A DNA stretch of 50,195 nt from Candidatus Magasanikiibacteriota bacterium (GCA_009694865.1 SICD01000003.1:1-50195), one strand, 5' to 3'. Positions 1 to 8,647 are shown, counted from the first letter of the stretch. A program made the numbers and translations. Notes: a model not told the origin generated them from the sequence alone.

Positions 1-1133
1 TCCCCAAAACTATAAAAACGATACTTTTCTTTAACCGCTTCTTGATAACACCGCAAAATAAATGATCGATCGCCGACAAACGCCGCGACGAGCATCAACA
101 ATGTGGATTTTGGTAAATGAAAATTAGTAATAAGAGCGTCCACGATTTGGAATTTAAATTCGGGGGTGATGAAAATATTGATGTCGCCGGTGTAGGGTTG
201 GACTACGCTCCCACCACCCCCCACGGCTGCGGCCGCCCCTCCTCGGGCAGGAGGGGACAATAACGCCGCCCCTTCTAACGTGCGCACCGTCGTCGTCCCC
301 ACCGCCACCACGCGCCTCCCCTCTTGTTTCGCCTGATTGATCAAATCCGCATTCTTCGCCGTAATTTCCACCCATTCACTGTGCATTTTGTGATCTTCAA
401 CGCGCTCCGTTTTAACGGAGAGGAACGTGCCAAGGCCAACGTGAAGTGTCACCTCCGCAAACTGCACACCTTTCTTTTCTAATTTCTCAATCAACTCCGG
501 CGTAAAATGAAACCCCGCCGTTGGCGCCGCCACCGACCCTTCGTGCTTAGCGTACACCGTTTGGTACAACTCATCGAGATTCCCCCTCGAGGGGGGATTT
601 TGAATATACGGCGGCACCGGCACCTCACCATACAAATTCGCCTTCGCTCTGACCGCAAGATCGTCCTCCGCAAATTGCATAAGTATCGTTCCGTCCTTTT
701 CTTTCAACATCACCTCGGCTTCAAAATCGGAGGCAAACCGTATCTTCATCCCCAAACGGAGCTTTCGCCCCGGCTTCGCCAACACCTTCCACACGTATTT
801 ATTTTCCATTGGCCGCACCAAAAAAATTTCCACCGGACTGGAATTTATAAATTTTCCGGTGACATGCAGTTTGGCTTCCCGAGCGTCATCAATATCGTCT
901 GCTGGAATATCCAACAAAATTTCCCCGCGTAGCCGCGCCTTAAAAACTTTCGTATTATTCCACACCAACAAATCCCCTTCCTGGAGATAATTGATGATGT
1001 CAAAAAAATATTTGTGCTCAATTTTATGTACATCTTTGTCTATAACCATCAAACGCGAAATATCCCGGGGTTCAACGGGAGTTTGAGCGATTAAATCGGG
1101 GGGTAGGCTATAGTCGAAATCGGAAGTTAACAT
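1..1133 (-). CDS. queA: S-adenosylmethionine:tRNA ribosyltransferase-isomerase (3' end runs off the window)
   Basis: Read by hand because it is not in the ORF track (no stop in window). ATG at 1133 gives MLTSDFDYSLPPDLIAQTPVEPRDISRLM...; later RVVAVGTTTVRTLE, DALITNFHLPKSTLLMLV and YQEAVKEKYRFYSFG at the window edge. Confidence 0.95.
   Translation of the reverse strand, partial: MLTSDFDYSLPPDLIAQTPVEPRDISRLMVIDKDVHKIEHKYFFDIINYLQEGDLLVWNNTKVFKARLRGEILLDIPADDIDDAREAKLHVTGKFINSSPVEIFLVRPMENKYVWKVLAKPGRKLRLGMKIRFASDFEAEVMLKEKDGTILMQFAEDDLAVRAKANLYGEVPVPPYIQNPPSRGNLDELYQTVYAKHEGSVAAPTAGFHFTPELIEKLEKKGVQFAEVTLHVGLGTFLSVKTERVEDHKMHSEWVEITAKNADLINQAKQEGRRVVAVGTTTVRTLEGAALLSPPARGGAAAAVGGGGSVVQPYTGDINIFITPEFKFQIVDALITNFHLPKSTLLMLVAAFVGDRSFILRCYQEAVKEKYRFYSFG
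211..257 (-). repeat. CCCCTCCT-N5-AGGAGGGG palindromic element inserted in frame in queA
   Basis: Minus strand TCCCCTCCTGCCCGAGGAGGGGCGGCCGCAGCCGTGGGGGGTGGTGG encodes SPPARGGAAAAVGGGG; same core as 4160-4193. Confidence 0.75.
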
Positions 1134-1139
1134 AACAAT

Positions 1140-1253
1140 TTCCCGTACCACGTATCCCATATCCCGTACTCGAAACGTTGGGGTACGTGATACGGGTTAT
1201 GGGTTATGGGTTATGGGTTACGAGTTACGGGTTACGAGTTACGGGTTACGGGA
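1140..1253. repeat. Inverted pair of 7-mer tandem arrays between mltG stop and queA start
   Basis: TCCCGTA/TCCCATA units on the left; GGGTTAT/GGGTTAC/GAGTTAC units on the right, which are roughly the reverse complement. Confidence 0.85.
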
Positions 1254-2090
1254 TCACAAATACTTCTTATTCGCATTATGTTCCTCCAACGTCTTACCAT
1301 AATACATCTTTCCATCCCGCCCGCTCAAAAAATACCAATATTCATTTTTCTCTGGAGAGAGAGCGGCCTTAATCGATTCTAACCCCGGGTTAGAAATCGG
1401 CCCCGGCGGAAGCCCCGGATATTTATACGTATTCCATGGAGAATCCATATCACGTTCCTTGTTAGTAGTAAACACATCGCCAGTTCTGTCAACCGCATAA
1501 TGCACGCTGGAGTCAACCTGCAAGGCCCAGCCACGCCTGACGCGCCGCCACAAAATATCAGCCACCTTAGTGCGGTCTTCGTCGTGCTTTACTTCTCTCT
1601 CAACAATGCTCGCCATCGTAATTATTTCATGCACACTCGCCCCGCTTTTATTAACCGCCTTGTATATATCGGCCGTGAACTGTTTATCACGCTCCTTAAT
1701 TAACTTCTTAATAACATCCTCTAAGCGAGCATCCGCAAACACGCGGTAGGTCTCTGGCGCCAAATACCCTTCATAGCTAATGTTGCGCTCTTTAAATTGA
1801 GTTATTGATGTATCCAGTTCAATATGTGGGCCACGATTCGCCACCATCCGGTAATCCCGAGCAGGCTCGCCTGTGATTCTATAAACATCGTCTGTGGTAG
1901 ACGCAAATCCCTTTAACACCAAATATTCCGCCACCTGCCGCAAATTCCACCCCGGAATAATTGTTATAGTCACTTCCGGGCGAGGCGGAATAGGAATATA
2001 TACGGGATGAAAATGACGATATATTTTAAAAACAAAAAAACTGCCTCCGACGAAGAATATGAGAAGAAGGACTTTAGCGCGCAAGGACAT
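1254..2090 (-). CDS. mltG: Endolytic transglycosylase MltG
   Basis: N-terminal TM; EGYLAPETY, ASIVERE, LQVDSSVHY, SPWNTYKYPGLPPGPISNPG motifs. Confidence 0.95.
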   Translation of the reverse strand: MSLRAKVLLLIFFVGGSFFVFKIYRHFHPVYIPIPPRPEVTITIIPGWNLRQVAEYLVLKGFASTTDDVYRITGEPARDYRMVANRGPHIELDTSITQFKERNISYEGYLAPETYRVFADARLEDVIKKLIKERDKQFTADIYKAVNKSGASVHEIITMASIVEREVKHDEDRTKVADILWRRVRRGWALQVDSSVHYAVDRTGDVFTTNKERDMDSPWNTYKYPGLPPGPISNPGLESIKAALSPEKNEYWYFLSGRDGKMYYGKTLEEHNANKKYL

Positions 2091-2096
2091 AGTTTA

Positions 2097-2231
2097 AAAA
2101 TCCAAATTACAAATTTCAAATCAAATCCAAAATCACAATATCAAAATTTATAATATTGCTTTTCCGCCCAAGGCGGATCCGCCTTTGGCGGAGAGCTTGA
2201 TTTGAAATTTGGAATTTGTTATTTGACATTT
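2097..2231. repeat. Inverted CAAAT-type ~7-mer arrays with a nested double-hairpin element (2163-2192)
   Basis: AAATCCAAATTACAAATTTCAAATCAAATCC... versus TTTGATTTGAAATTTGGAATTTGTTATTTGACATTT; nested TCCGCCCAAGGCGGATCCGCCTTTGGCGGA. Confidence 0.8.
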
Positions 2232-2914
2232 TCACCCCAGTTTTCTCTCGCCCACTCAAGCCGCTCCGGCACACCAATATCTATCCACGGCTTATCGGAT
2301 TCGTACACAAAAAGATTTTTCATTTTAGGGAAAACATCGTATTCAATACTAAAAGCTTTTTCGGCTAGGAAATATTTTTTCGCTCCAAAGTTAAAAATAT
2401 AAATTCCTCCGTTTTGGTAACCCGGTTTGTGCACCCCTTCTTTTTCTTTAAATTTCGTGAGATGAAAATGCGTATCATATTCCAAAGTGCCATAGCTGGC
2501 TACGTCTTTTACCTTGGCCCCCAAAATAATCCCGTTGCTATCGGGAGGTAAATATTTCGTCATATCGGCCAAATCCACGGTAGTCAAAACATCTCCGTTC
2601 AAAATTATTGTTGATTCGTCTGGTTTGGTTACATATTCCCAAGCATGTTTTATCGCGCCTCCTGTTCCCAAACGTTCCTGTTCAACGGCATAAGTAAAAG
2701 TTACGCCATTTAAATGTAGGCCAACGCGCTCAAACAACACCTCCGACAAATGCCCGGCCGCTAAGACTACTTCAGTTATCCCGATCCCTTTTAATTTTTC
2801 TAACTGCCACTCCAAAACCGTCTTGCCTTTTATTTCCAGCAAGATTTTAGGAGTATCTTTGGCAATTTCGCCGAGGCGTGTAGACAGACCTCCGCACAAA
2901 ATAATGGCGTTCAT
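2219..2914 (-). CDS. Nucleotidyltransferase (sugar-phosphate NTP transferase family)
   Basis: AIILCGGLSTRL...PK signature; LGTGGAIK, LNGDV and WIDIG motifs. Confidence 0.9.
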   Translation of the reverse strand: MNAIILCGGLSTRLGEIAKDTPKILLEIKGKTVLEWQLEKLKGIGITEVVLAAGHLSEVLFERVGLHLNGVTFTYAVEQERLGTGGAIKHAWEYVTKPDESTIILNGDVLTTVDLADMTKYLPPDSNGIILGAKVKDVASYGTLEYDTHFHLTKFKEKEGVHKPGYQNGGIYIFNFGAKKYFLAEKAFSIEYDVFPKMKNLFVYESDKPWIDIGVPERLEWARENWGENVK

Positions 2915-2920
2915 ATGAAT

Positions 2921-3448
2921 TTACGACAACATCACCAAAACATAATAAGCACCCGTTGCGACCAAACCAGCCACGGCCATTCCACCCACGATATCAAAAG
3001 GATAATGAACGCCCGCGTACACCCGCCCCCAAGAAACCCATAACGCGAGCGGCCCGAGCCCATAGGCAAACGGCAAGTGAAATATCACCGCCATAAAAAA
3101 AATAAGCCAGGCCGACATACCGTGATCGGAAGGAAATGATTTCCAATTCATAAGCGGGGTAAACAAAAGTTTGCTTTCCGTGTGTGTCATATGCGGACGC
3201 GGCTCACGAACAATAAGACCAATAAAAAGATCCAAAAACCACCCCGCCGTCCAAGTAGTTCCCAAAAACAAAATCGGTATAATGACTGCCCGTTTGCTAG
3301 GGAGATAGGCGAACAGGTCGACGATCACAAACCATACCAGCATGGCCACTACCACCAATTCCGCCCCGGCCCGACCAAAGGCATCCAACCATTTGCTCGT
3401 GCCAACCAAGGCATTAATTCTTTTAAATAAACGGACATTAAAATTCAT
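2921..3448 (-). CDS. PAP2-family phosphatase (BcrC-like undecaprenyl-diphosphatase)
   Basis: REPRP, SFPSDH and GRVYAGVHYPFD motifs; several TM segments. Confidence 0.88.
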   Translation of the reverse strand: MNFNVRLFKRINALVGTSKWLDAFGRAGAELVVVAMLVWFVIVDLFAYLPSKRAVIIPILFLGTTWTAGWFLDLFIGLIVREPRPHMTHTESKLLFTPLMNWKSFPSDHGMSAWLIFFMAVIFHLPFAYGLGPLALWVSWGRVYAGVHYPFDIVGGMAVAGLVATGAYYVLVMLS

Positions 3449-3554
3449 ATGATTTTACGAAATCATGCGATTTAACGAAATTGTGCCGAGTAACGTCCAC
3501 TAAAGCTCGGCCCGCGCAACGTCCTTTGAGGCGCGGCGTCGCATGGTTTCACCC

Positions 3555-3583
3555 ATTCTACCATTGCTCGTCTCCCCTGACAA
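3555..3583 (-). promoter_or_regulatory. Sigma70-type promoter for the PAP2-NTPtransferase-mltG-queA run
   Basis: TTGTCA-17 nt-TAGAAT with extended TG on the minus strand. Confidence 0.6.
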
Positions 3584-3604
3584 GACCGCAAATTGCCCAA
3601 AAAC

Positions 3605-3633
3605 TTGAAAAATAAACCGTATTTTGCTACACT
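3605..3633 (+). promoter_or_regulatory. Sigma70-type promoter for tRNA-Ile and rluD
   Basis: TTGAAA-17 nt-TACACT with extended TG, 13 nt before the tRNA. Confidence 0.65.
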
Positions 3634-3646
3634 AGCGGCACCTCAA

Positions 3647-3719
3647 GGGCCTGTAACTCAGCGGTTAGAGTGCCACCCTTATAAGGTGGAAGTCGATGGT
3701 TCGATTCCATCCAGGCCCA
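3647..3719 (+). tRNA. tRNA-Ile (anticodon TAT)
   Basis: Cloverleaf: GGGCCTG/CAGGCCC acceptor, ACTC/GAGT D stem, CCACC-CTTATAA-GGTGG anticodon arm (TAT at 3680-3682), GATGG-TTCGATT-CCATC T arm, discriminator A; CCA not encoded. Confidence 0.95.
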
Positions 3720-3722
3720 CTT

Positions 3723-4847
3723 ATGAACAAAGACAAGAAAATAGTTGTCGCAAAAACCCACACCGGCGAACGCCTGGATCTTTTTTTAACTAAAAAATTA
3801 CGCCTCTCGCGCTCCCAAGTTCAAAAACTCATTGCACAAGAACAAATTACCCTCAAAGGAGCGTTGCCTAAAAAAATGGGTAGTGTGGTACGCACAGGCG
3901 ACTCTATTGTTGTCATTTCGAGCGGAGCGGAGCGCAGTCGAGAAATCTCGCCGTCAATACGAGATTCCTCCACTCGTCGCTTGGGCTCCTCGGTCGGAAT
4001 GACAACGCCAACGACGCGTGCAGTTGCCGAAACCCCCGATTACGTCGTCATTAACAAACCCACCGGTCTGCTCGTGCACCCGACCCAAGCAAAAGAAACC
4101 AACACGCTCGTAGCCTGGCTAATAAAAAAATATCCCAAAATTAAAAAAGTTGGCGATCATCCCCTCCTTACCAAGGAGGGGCGGGGGGTGGTTACCGAGG
4201 CCAAGACCTTTCGTCCTGGGATTGTCCATCGCCTCGATAAAGAAGCCTCCGGACTAATGGTGGTGGCAAAAACACAACCAATGTTTGATCTGCTGAAAGA
4301 CCAATTTAAAAATCGAACGATTGAAAAAGAATATTGGGTATTGGTACACGGAAGCGTCTCTAAAGATTGGGACATTCTTACCTTCCCGATTGCCCGCTCC
4401 GAGACGCACGAGAGAATGGCCGCTCGACCGCTCACGGCTTCGCAAACGACGGCAAACCCCTCTGTATCTCTTCTTGGTAAGGGGAGAATCGCGCAACCCC
4501 CTCCTTTCCAAGGAGGGGTGGGGGTGGTTGCCGAGGATGCTGGTGCCAAGGACGCCAAAACCGAATTTTTTGTCGAAAAACGTTTTGTTAATTTTACCCT
4601 GCTTCGTGTTATAATTCACACCGGCCGCATGCACCAAATCCGCGTCCACATGCTCGCGTACAATCACCCGCTGGTAGGCGACCCTTTGTACAAACAAATA
4701 AAACGTAAAAGTAAATGGGATGAAAAATTAGGTAGAATGTTCTTACATTCCACCAAATTATCATTTACCGATTTAACCGGTGAACGACAGACGTTTGAAT
4801 CGCCATTGCCGGAAGAGTTGGAGAAATTTTTAAAAACACTTTCATAA
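3723..4847 (+). CDS. rluD: RluA/RluD-family pseudouridine synthase with S4 domain, carrying three in-frame repeat insertions
   Basis: RLDLFL..SRSQVQKLI (S4), INKPTGLLVHP, RPGIVHRLDKEASG, TGRMHQIRVH and LVGDPLY. Start taken at ATG 3723 because the ORF-track start lies inside the tRNA. Confidence 0.9.
   Translation: MNKDKKIVVAKTHTGERLDLFLTKKLRLSRSQVQKLIAQEQITLKGALPKKMGSVVRTGDSIVVISSGAERSREISPSIRDSSTRRLGSSVGMTTPTTRAVAETPDYVVINKPTGLLVHPTQAKETNTLVAWLIKKYPKIKKVGDHPLLTKEGRGVVTEAKTFRPGIVHRLDKEASGLMVVAKTQPMFDLLKDQFKNRTIEKEYWVLVHGSVSKDWDILTFPIARSETHERMAARPLTASQTTANPSVSLLGKGRIAQPPPFQGGVGVVAEDAGAKDAKTEFFVEKRFVNFTLLRVIIHTGRMHQIRVHMLAYNHPLVGDPLYKQIKRKSKWDEKLGRMFLHSTKLSFTDLTGERQTFESPLPEELEKFLKTLS
3911..4004. 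mobile_element. TGTCAT...ATGACA MITE-like palindrome inside rluD
   Basis: Terminal inverted repeats GTCATTTCGA/TCGGAATGAC with internal AATCTC/GAGATT; encodes VISSGAERSREISPSIRDSSTRRLGSSVGMT; relatives are intergenic elsewhere in the window. Confidence 0.8.
4160..4193 (+). repeat. CCCCTCCT-N5-AGGAGGGG element in rluD
   Basis: TCCCCTCCTTACCAAGGAGGGGCGGGGGGTGGTT encodes PLLTKEGRGVV, just before RPGIVHRLD. Confidence 0.8.
4455..4529 (+). repeat. Paired CCCCT..AGGGG elements in rluD
   Basis: AACCCCTCTGTATCTCTTCTTGGTAAGGGGAGA followed by CCCCCTCCTTTCCAAGGAGGGGTGGGGGTGGTT (PPPFQGGVGVV). Confidence 0.75.
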
Positions 4848-4878
4848 GTAAAAAGAGGCCTGTGGCCTCTTTTTACTT
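4846..4878. terminator. Bidirectional intrinsic terminator
   Basis: AAGTAAAAAGAGGCC-TGT-GGCCTCTTTTTACTT between convergent genes. Confidence 0.85.
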
Positions 4879-5625
4879 TCCTATCCAATGAATATAATTC
4901 TTCTCAAGACAGGCGTACCCCATATTCAAGGCATACCCAAGTAACCCCGCGACAAAAATTGCCGCATAGAGCGTAGGCGTTTCGTACACCAGCTGCGCGT
5001 CTTGCATAATGCGCCCAATACCCAACGCGCTACCGCCGATCGACATTTCTCCAAGTACCGTGAGGATAAGCGAAAACGAAATCGCGAGCCTTAACGCGGT
5101 AGATAGATTCGGCAACACTTCCGGCAACACCACCGAAAAAAATAATTGTGTCCGCGACAACCCCAGGCTCTTCCCTACCAACCGTCGCGTTGGTGAGCAG
5201 TTCACCAAACTCATCATTGTGCTCACCGCCATCAGAAGCCCAACGATAATAATAATCAAAATTAATCGCGCCGCGTCTCCAATACCAAATAAAAGTAAGA
5301 GCAACGGAATAAATGCCGATGCCGGAATTGAACGAAAAAAATCTACCCACGGAAAAAGCACGCGCCGCATGGTTGGTATTAAACCAAGTAGCGAACCAAA
5401 GATAACGCCGAGAGTAACGCCGCTAACAAGCCCAGCAATAAAACGTAAAAACGTGAAACTAACCGCTGCCAAACCTTGTGGTGTGATAAAAAATTGTAGC
5501 ACCGCGCCAGCCACCGCAACGGGCGTCGGAATAAGCAAGCGGCTGATACCACCAAAAAGCACCAGCATTTCCCAAAGTGCTAAAAAAACAATCACCGAAA
5601 TGATAAAACCTAAACGTTGGCGCAT
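4873..5625 (-). CDS. NitT/TauT (SsuC-like) ABC transporter permease
   Basis: FFRSIPASAFIPLLLLLFGIG; EAA-like region SLGLSRTQLFFSVVLPEVLP; multiple TM segments. Confidence 0.9.
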   Translation of the reverse strand: MRQRLGFIISVIVFLALWEMLVLFGGISRLLIPTPVAVAGAVLQFFITPQGLAAVSFTFLRFIAGLVSGVTLGVIFGSLLGLIPTMRRVLFPWVDFFRSIPASAFIPLLLLLFGIGDAARLILIIIIVGLLMAVSTMMSLVNCSPTRRLVGKSLGLSRTQLFFSVVLPEVLPNLSTALRLAISFSLILTVLGEMSIGGSALGIGRIMQDAQLVYETPTLYAAIFVAGLLGYALNMGYACLEKNYIHWIGK

Positions 5626-6335
5626 AAAAATCCTTGTAAATGCTGAAACGCCTCACGATAAACCACATCAAACGCCGGTGTGCCAACAAGCTTGCTCCGC
5701 CCCAATCGCGGCAAAGGTGTTTTTACTTCCGCTACAATTTTACCGGGACTCGGGGAAAGAATAATAATCCTATCAGCCAAAAGTATTGCCTGCTCGAGCG
5801 TATGTGTCACCAACACCGTTGTCATTGGCCGCGTTGCCAGCACAGTAAGAAGCCGTTCCACCACCAAAAGACTGGTATAATAATCCAAAGCCGCGAATGG
5901 TTCATCCAACAAAAACAATTCCGGTTCCTGCGCCACGGCCCGGGCAATGGCCGTAAGTTGCGCGAGCCCGCCCGAAAGTTGATACGGATATTTATCGCAG
6001 TACTTTGTTAAACCAAGCATGGTCAATATCTCCTCTCCTCGTTCGTGAGTGTTATGAGCCCCGCGAATGGCCATTTTCACATGCTGTTCTACTGTCTGCC
6101 ATGGAAAAAGCGATTCGATCACATTTTGAAAGACAAACCCAACCGGCCGAGCGGGGCGAGAAATTTTTCCAGCCGTTGGCGCCTCAAACCCGGCCAACAT
6201 TTTTAGGAGCGTTGACTTACCGCAACCATTGGGTCCCATGATGGCCACAATTTCGCCAGGATTTACCGACAAAGAAATTCCTTCGAGCACCCGATGGCTA
6301 CCATAATTTTTTGAGACTCCTGCAAATTCTATCAT
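5610..6335 (-). CDS. NitT/TauT ABC transporter ATP-binding protein
   Basis: Walker A GPNGCGKST, LSGG signature, LLDEPFAALD, VTH. Confidence 0.92.
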   Translation of the reverse strand: MIEFAGVSKNYGSHRVLEGISLSVNPGEIVAIMGPNGCGKSTLLKMLAGFEAPTAGKISRPARPVGFVFQNVIESLFPWQTVEQHVKMAIRGAHNTHERGEEILTMLGLTKYCDKYPYQLSGGLAQLTAIARAVAQEPELFLLDEPFAALDYYTSLLVVERLLTVLATRPMTTVLVTHTLEQAILLADRIIILSPSPGKIVAEVKTPLPRLGRSKLVGTPAFDVVYREAFQHLQGFLCANV

Positions 6336-6359
6336 ACACACTTACTTGTTTGCGCATCT

Positions 6360-7334
6360 CTACAAAGAGAATGCCCCTTTCACATCCACCGATTTTTTTA
6401 ATTGTTTATCGTTATATAATAGGTCCGCCTCTTGTTGAACAGGTTCAAGCTTAATTTCCGTTTGCTTTATAAAGTATGGCAAACGAATGCTATCTAGCAC
6501 TCCCGCTTCAAACGGTAAAAACTTCGCAATTGCTGCTCTCGTTTCGGCCGGGTGACTATTAATAAAATCAATTGTTTCATCAGTCGCCTCTACTAGCGCC
6601 TTAGCCACGTCAGGGCGTTCACGTTTAAATCGCCCTGCCATAACACTCGCGGCATTAGGAAAATTAGGCATGACAAATTTATCAAAAAGTCCGCTTTCAA
6701 GAACACGGGTGGTATGTTGGGATTGGCCAATAGTGGCGAGCGGTTCGAGAACAATTACTGCCGCAACCTGGCCCGAGGCAAGCGCCGCGAGTTCAAGTTC
6801 AGGATTCATCTGCACCAATTCGGCCTCTTCGGGTTTAAAGAATGAGCTAACAGTCTTGCGGTACAAATACTGGGCCGTGGAGCCTTGAAAGGCTCCCACT
6901 TTTTTACCACGCAGATCAGCGATTGTGGCAATGGTTGAACTGGGCGTTACCAATAGATACGCGAGCGGCGCCACCGGCGTTTCATTCACTAGGCTAAAAG
7001 CAACCAACTCACCAGGCGATTTATCTTGTATTGTTAAAATAAGCGGGATGTTTACTCCACCAAGCGCAGCATCAACGCTACCGCCAATGAGTGCGTCCGT
7101 GAGCTGGTTAGTAGACGCAAACTGCACGGTTTTAACATCTAAACCATATTTCTCAAAAATTTTTTGTTCGATCCCCACAAACACGGGGGCATACAAATCG
7201 TGCGTACGGTAACCGATTATCACCGTCTGCGGCGCTACTGTTACCAACGACTCCGATTTTGTTTTAAACAAACCAACGGCAGCGATGGCCACAATGGCCA
7301 CAGCGGCAATCCCCATCCAAAGTTTTTTGGACAT
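6360..7334 (-). CDS. NitT/TauT/SsuA-like ABC substrate-binding protein
   Basis: N-terminal anchor; TIADLRGKKVG, ALASGQVAA and EP motifs; adjacent to the ATPase and permease. Confidence 0.88.
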   Translation of the reverse strand: MSKKLWMGIAAVAIVAIAAVGLFKTKSESLVTVAPQTVIIGYRTHDLYAPVFVGIEQKIFEKYGLDVKTVQFASTNQLTDALIGGSVDAALGGVNIPLILTIQDKSPGELVAFSLVNETPVAPLAYLLVTPSSTIATIADLRGKKVGAFQGSTAQYLYRKTVSSFFKPEEAELVQMNPELELAALASGQVAAVIVLEPLATIGQSQHTTRVLESGLFDKFVMPNFPNAASVMAGRFKRERPDVAKALVEATDETIDFINSHPAETRAAIAKFLPFEAGVLDSIRLPYFIKQTEIKLEPVQQEADLLYNDKQLKKSVDVKGAFSL

Positions 7335-7551
7335 ACGAGTTTGAGTTAACCTGCTCTATGGCAGGTAGGAATAAAATTTAAATTAGTTTTTATATTTCCT
7401 CCTCTCACCACTCAAATTTTTGAGAAGTCAGAGGAAGTGCCAGGGCAGTGCTGGCGGGTGTTTGATGCGCGGGAGTGCGCAGGCTGCCAGGGGATTCCGA
7501 CGGTAATCCGCCGTCGGTCGGAAAAAAGGAGCGACTGGAGCACCTCGCTCT

Positions 7552-8490
7552 TTAGAACTCCACCTTCCAGACGAATCCGAGCTTGAAGTCGCACACGTAC
7601 ATGCAGCTTCCGTCCGGGTGGAACCGCACGCAGCTCGGCTCACCGAAGCCGCACGCCACCGGCGGAACGAAGCGCATGTCGTACTTTTTGGTGACGCCAT
7701 CGGCATCGTGCGGCACGACCTTGACGCACTCGCCGCCGCGCTCAGCGACGTAGAGGTGGCCGTTCGTGGGGTGGGTGATCATGCCGAGGGGCTTCTTCAG
7801 GCCGTTGGCCAGAAACGGCATGTTGGGCGACCAGCTCGTGTGGTTCGTGATGTCGAAGACGGTCCCGAGACCGGCGTGGAGGTACAGCATCTTGCCCTGA
7901 TAGCCGACCGCCGTCCAGCAACCGCAGTCGCCCGCCTTGTTGCCGTTCATGCTCATCACGTACGGCATCTCGCGCAGGCCGTTGGGGAAGCCACGAACGC
8001 GGATCTTGTCCTCGCTGAAGCATCCACCCTCCTCCATGCGCACGAGTCCGTTCTCGAGCTGCACCGGTCCCGAATCCTCTCCCCCGCTGAAGGTGCAGAA
8101 CACCTCGCCCTGGTAGGAGAGCAAGCCGTACGGCCCCGGCACGCCAGCGAAGAACACGGGCGCCTCCATGGCGTCACCACCCTTCGTGATGTCCAGCACC
8201 ACGCCCCGACCCGTGTCGGAGATGAGGGTGCGGTTCCCCTGGTAGTTGGTGAGGAGCCCCGCCGGGTGGCGGAGATTCCAGGCGAACGGCTTGGCCCCGC
8301 GCATGTTGCCACCCTCGGTTACGTCCACGACGTAGCCGCCGCCGAAGGCGCTTGCGAGGAGCCGGCCATCCGGCGTCCACTCCATGTGCGTGATGCCGTG
8401 GACGCTGTGCGCGTGAATGGTCACGCGCTTGGGAGGGCGCAACGCCTCCTCATCGGGGGACAGACGAAAATCGAAGCTGAGATCGCCCAT
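7552..8490 (-). CDS. GC-rich beta-propeller protein (NHL/SMP-30-like repeats), function unknown
   Basis: Repeated blades LRHPAGL, LKKPLGMITHPTNGHLYVAE and FGEPSCVRFHPDGSCMYVCD; GGAGG SD; C/G-ending codons. Confidence 0.7.
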   Translation of the reverse strand: MGDLSFDFRLSPDEEALRPPKRVTIHAHSVHGITHMEWTPDGRLLASAFGGGYVVDVTEGGNMRGAKPFAWNLRHPAGLLTNYQGNRTLISDTGRGVVLDITKGGDAMEAPVFFAGVPGPYGLLSYQGEVFCTFSGGEDSGPVQLENGLVRMEEGGCFSEDKIRVRGFPNGLREMPYVMSMNGNKAGDCGCWTAVGYQGKMLYLHAGLGTVFDITNHTSWSPNMPFLANGLKKPLGMITHPTNGHLYVAERGGECVKVVPHDADGVTKKYDMRFVPPVACGFGEPSCVRFHPDGSCMYVCDFKLGFVWKVEF

Positions 8491-8618
8491 CGTTTTCCTC
8501 CAGGTACAAGATTGATCGCTCGCACGAGGCGAGGTTCACTGCCTGATTGCAGAGAACGTTTTACTATACCCCTAAACCAAACAAACGCCAATACTATCGA
8601 CAAAAGATATTAACATAC

Positions 8619-8647
8619 TTGACAAAATAGCTAGAATAAGGTATAAT
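8619..8647 (+). promoter_or_regulatory. Consensus sigma70 promoter of the TrmB-like gene
   Basis: TTGACA-17 nt-TATAAT; a divergent TTGGCG-17-TATAGT lies at 8591-8563 on the minus strand. Confidence 0.8.

Noticed and set aside
154-1033. Several short ORFs suggesting a fragmented queA pseudogene
   Set aside because: The queA motifs read in one frame from ATG 1133 to the window edge; the track omitted it only because the stop lies outside the window.
1194-1252. Telomere-like GGGTTA repeat or CRISPR array
   Set aside because: The period is 7 (GGGTTAT/GGGTTAC/GAGTTAC), not 6, and there are no unique spacers or cas genes. No CRISPR array was seen anywhere in the window.
3696-3722. ORF-track start of rluD
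   Set aside because: It lies inside the tRNA-Ile gene; ATG 3723 is preferred.
5009-5764. 251-aa plus-strand ORF
   Set aside because: Antisense shadow of the ABC permease.
7380-7550. Integron attC sites after the GC-rich genes (also 24545-24650 and 47258-47390)
   Set aside because: Hairpins are present, but I could not find RYYYAAC/GTTRRRY boxes in the right geometry, and there is no integron integrase in the window.
7618-8613. 331-aa plus-strand ORF
   Set aside because: Antisense shadow of the GC-rich minus-strand gene, which has the SD, promoter and propeller repeats.
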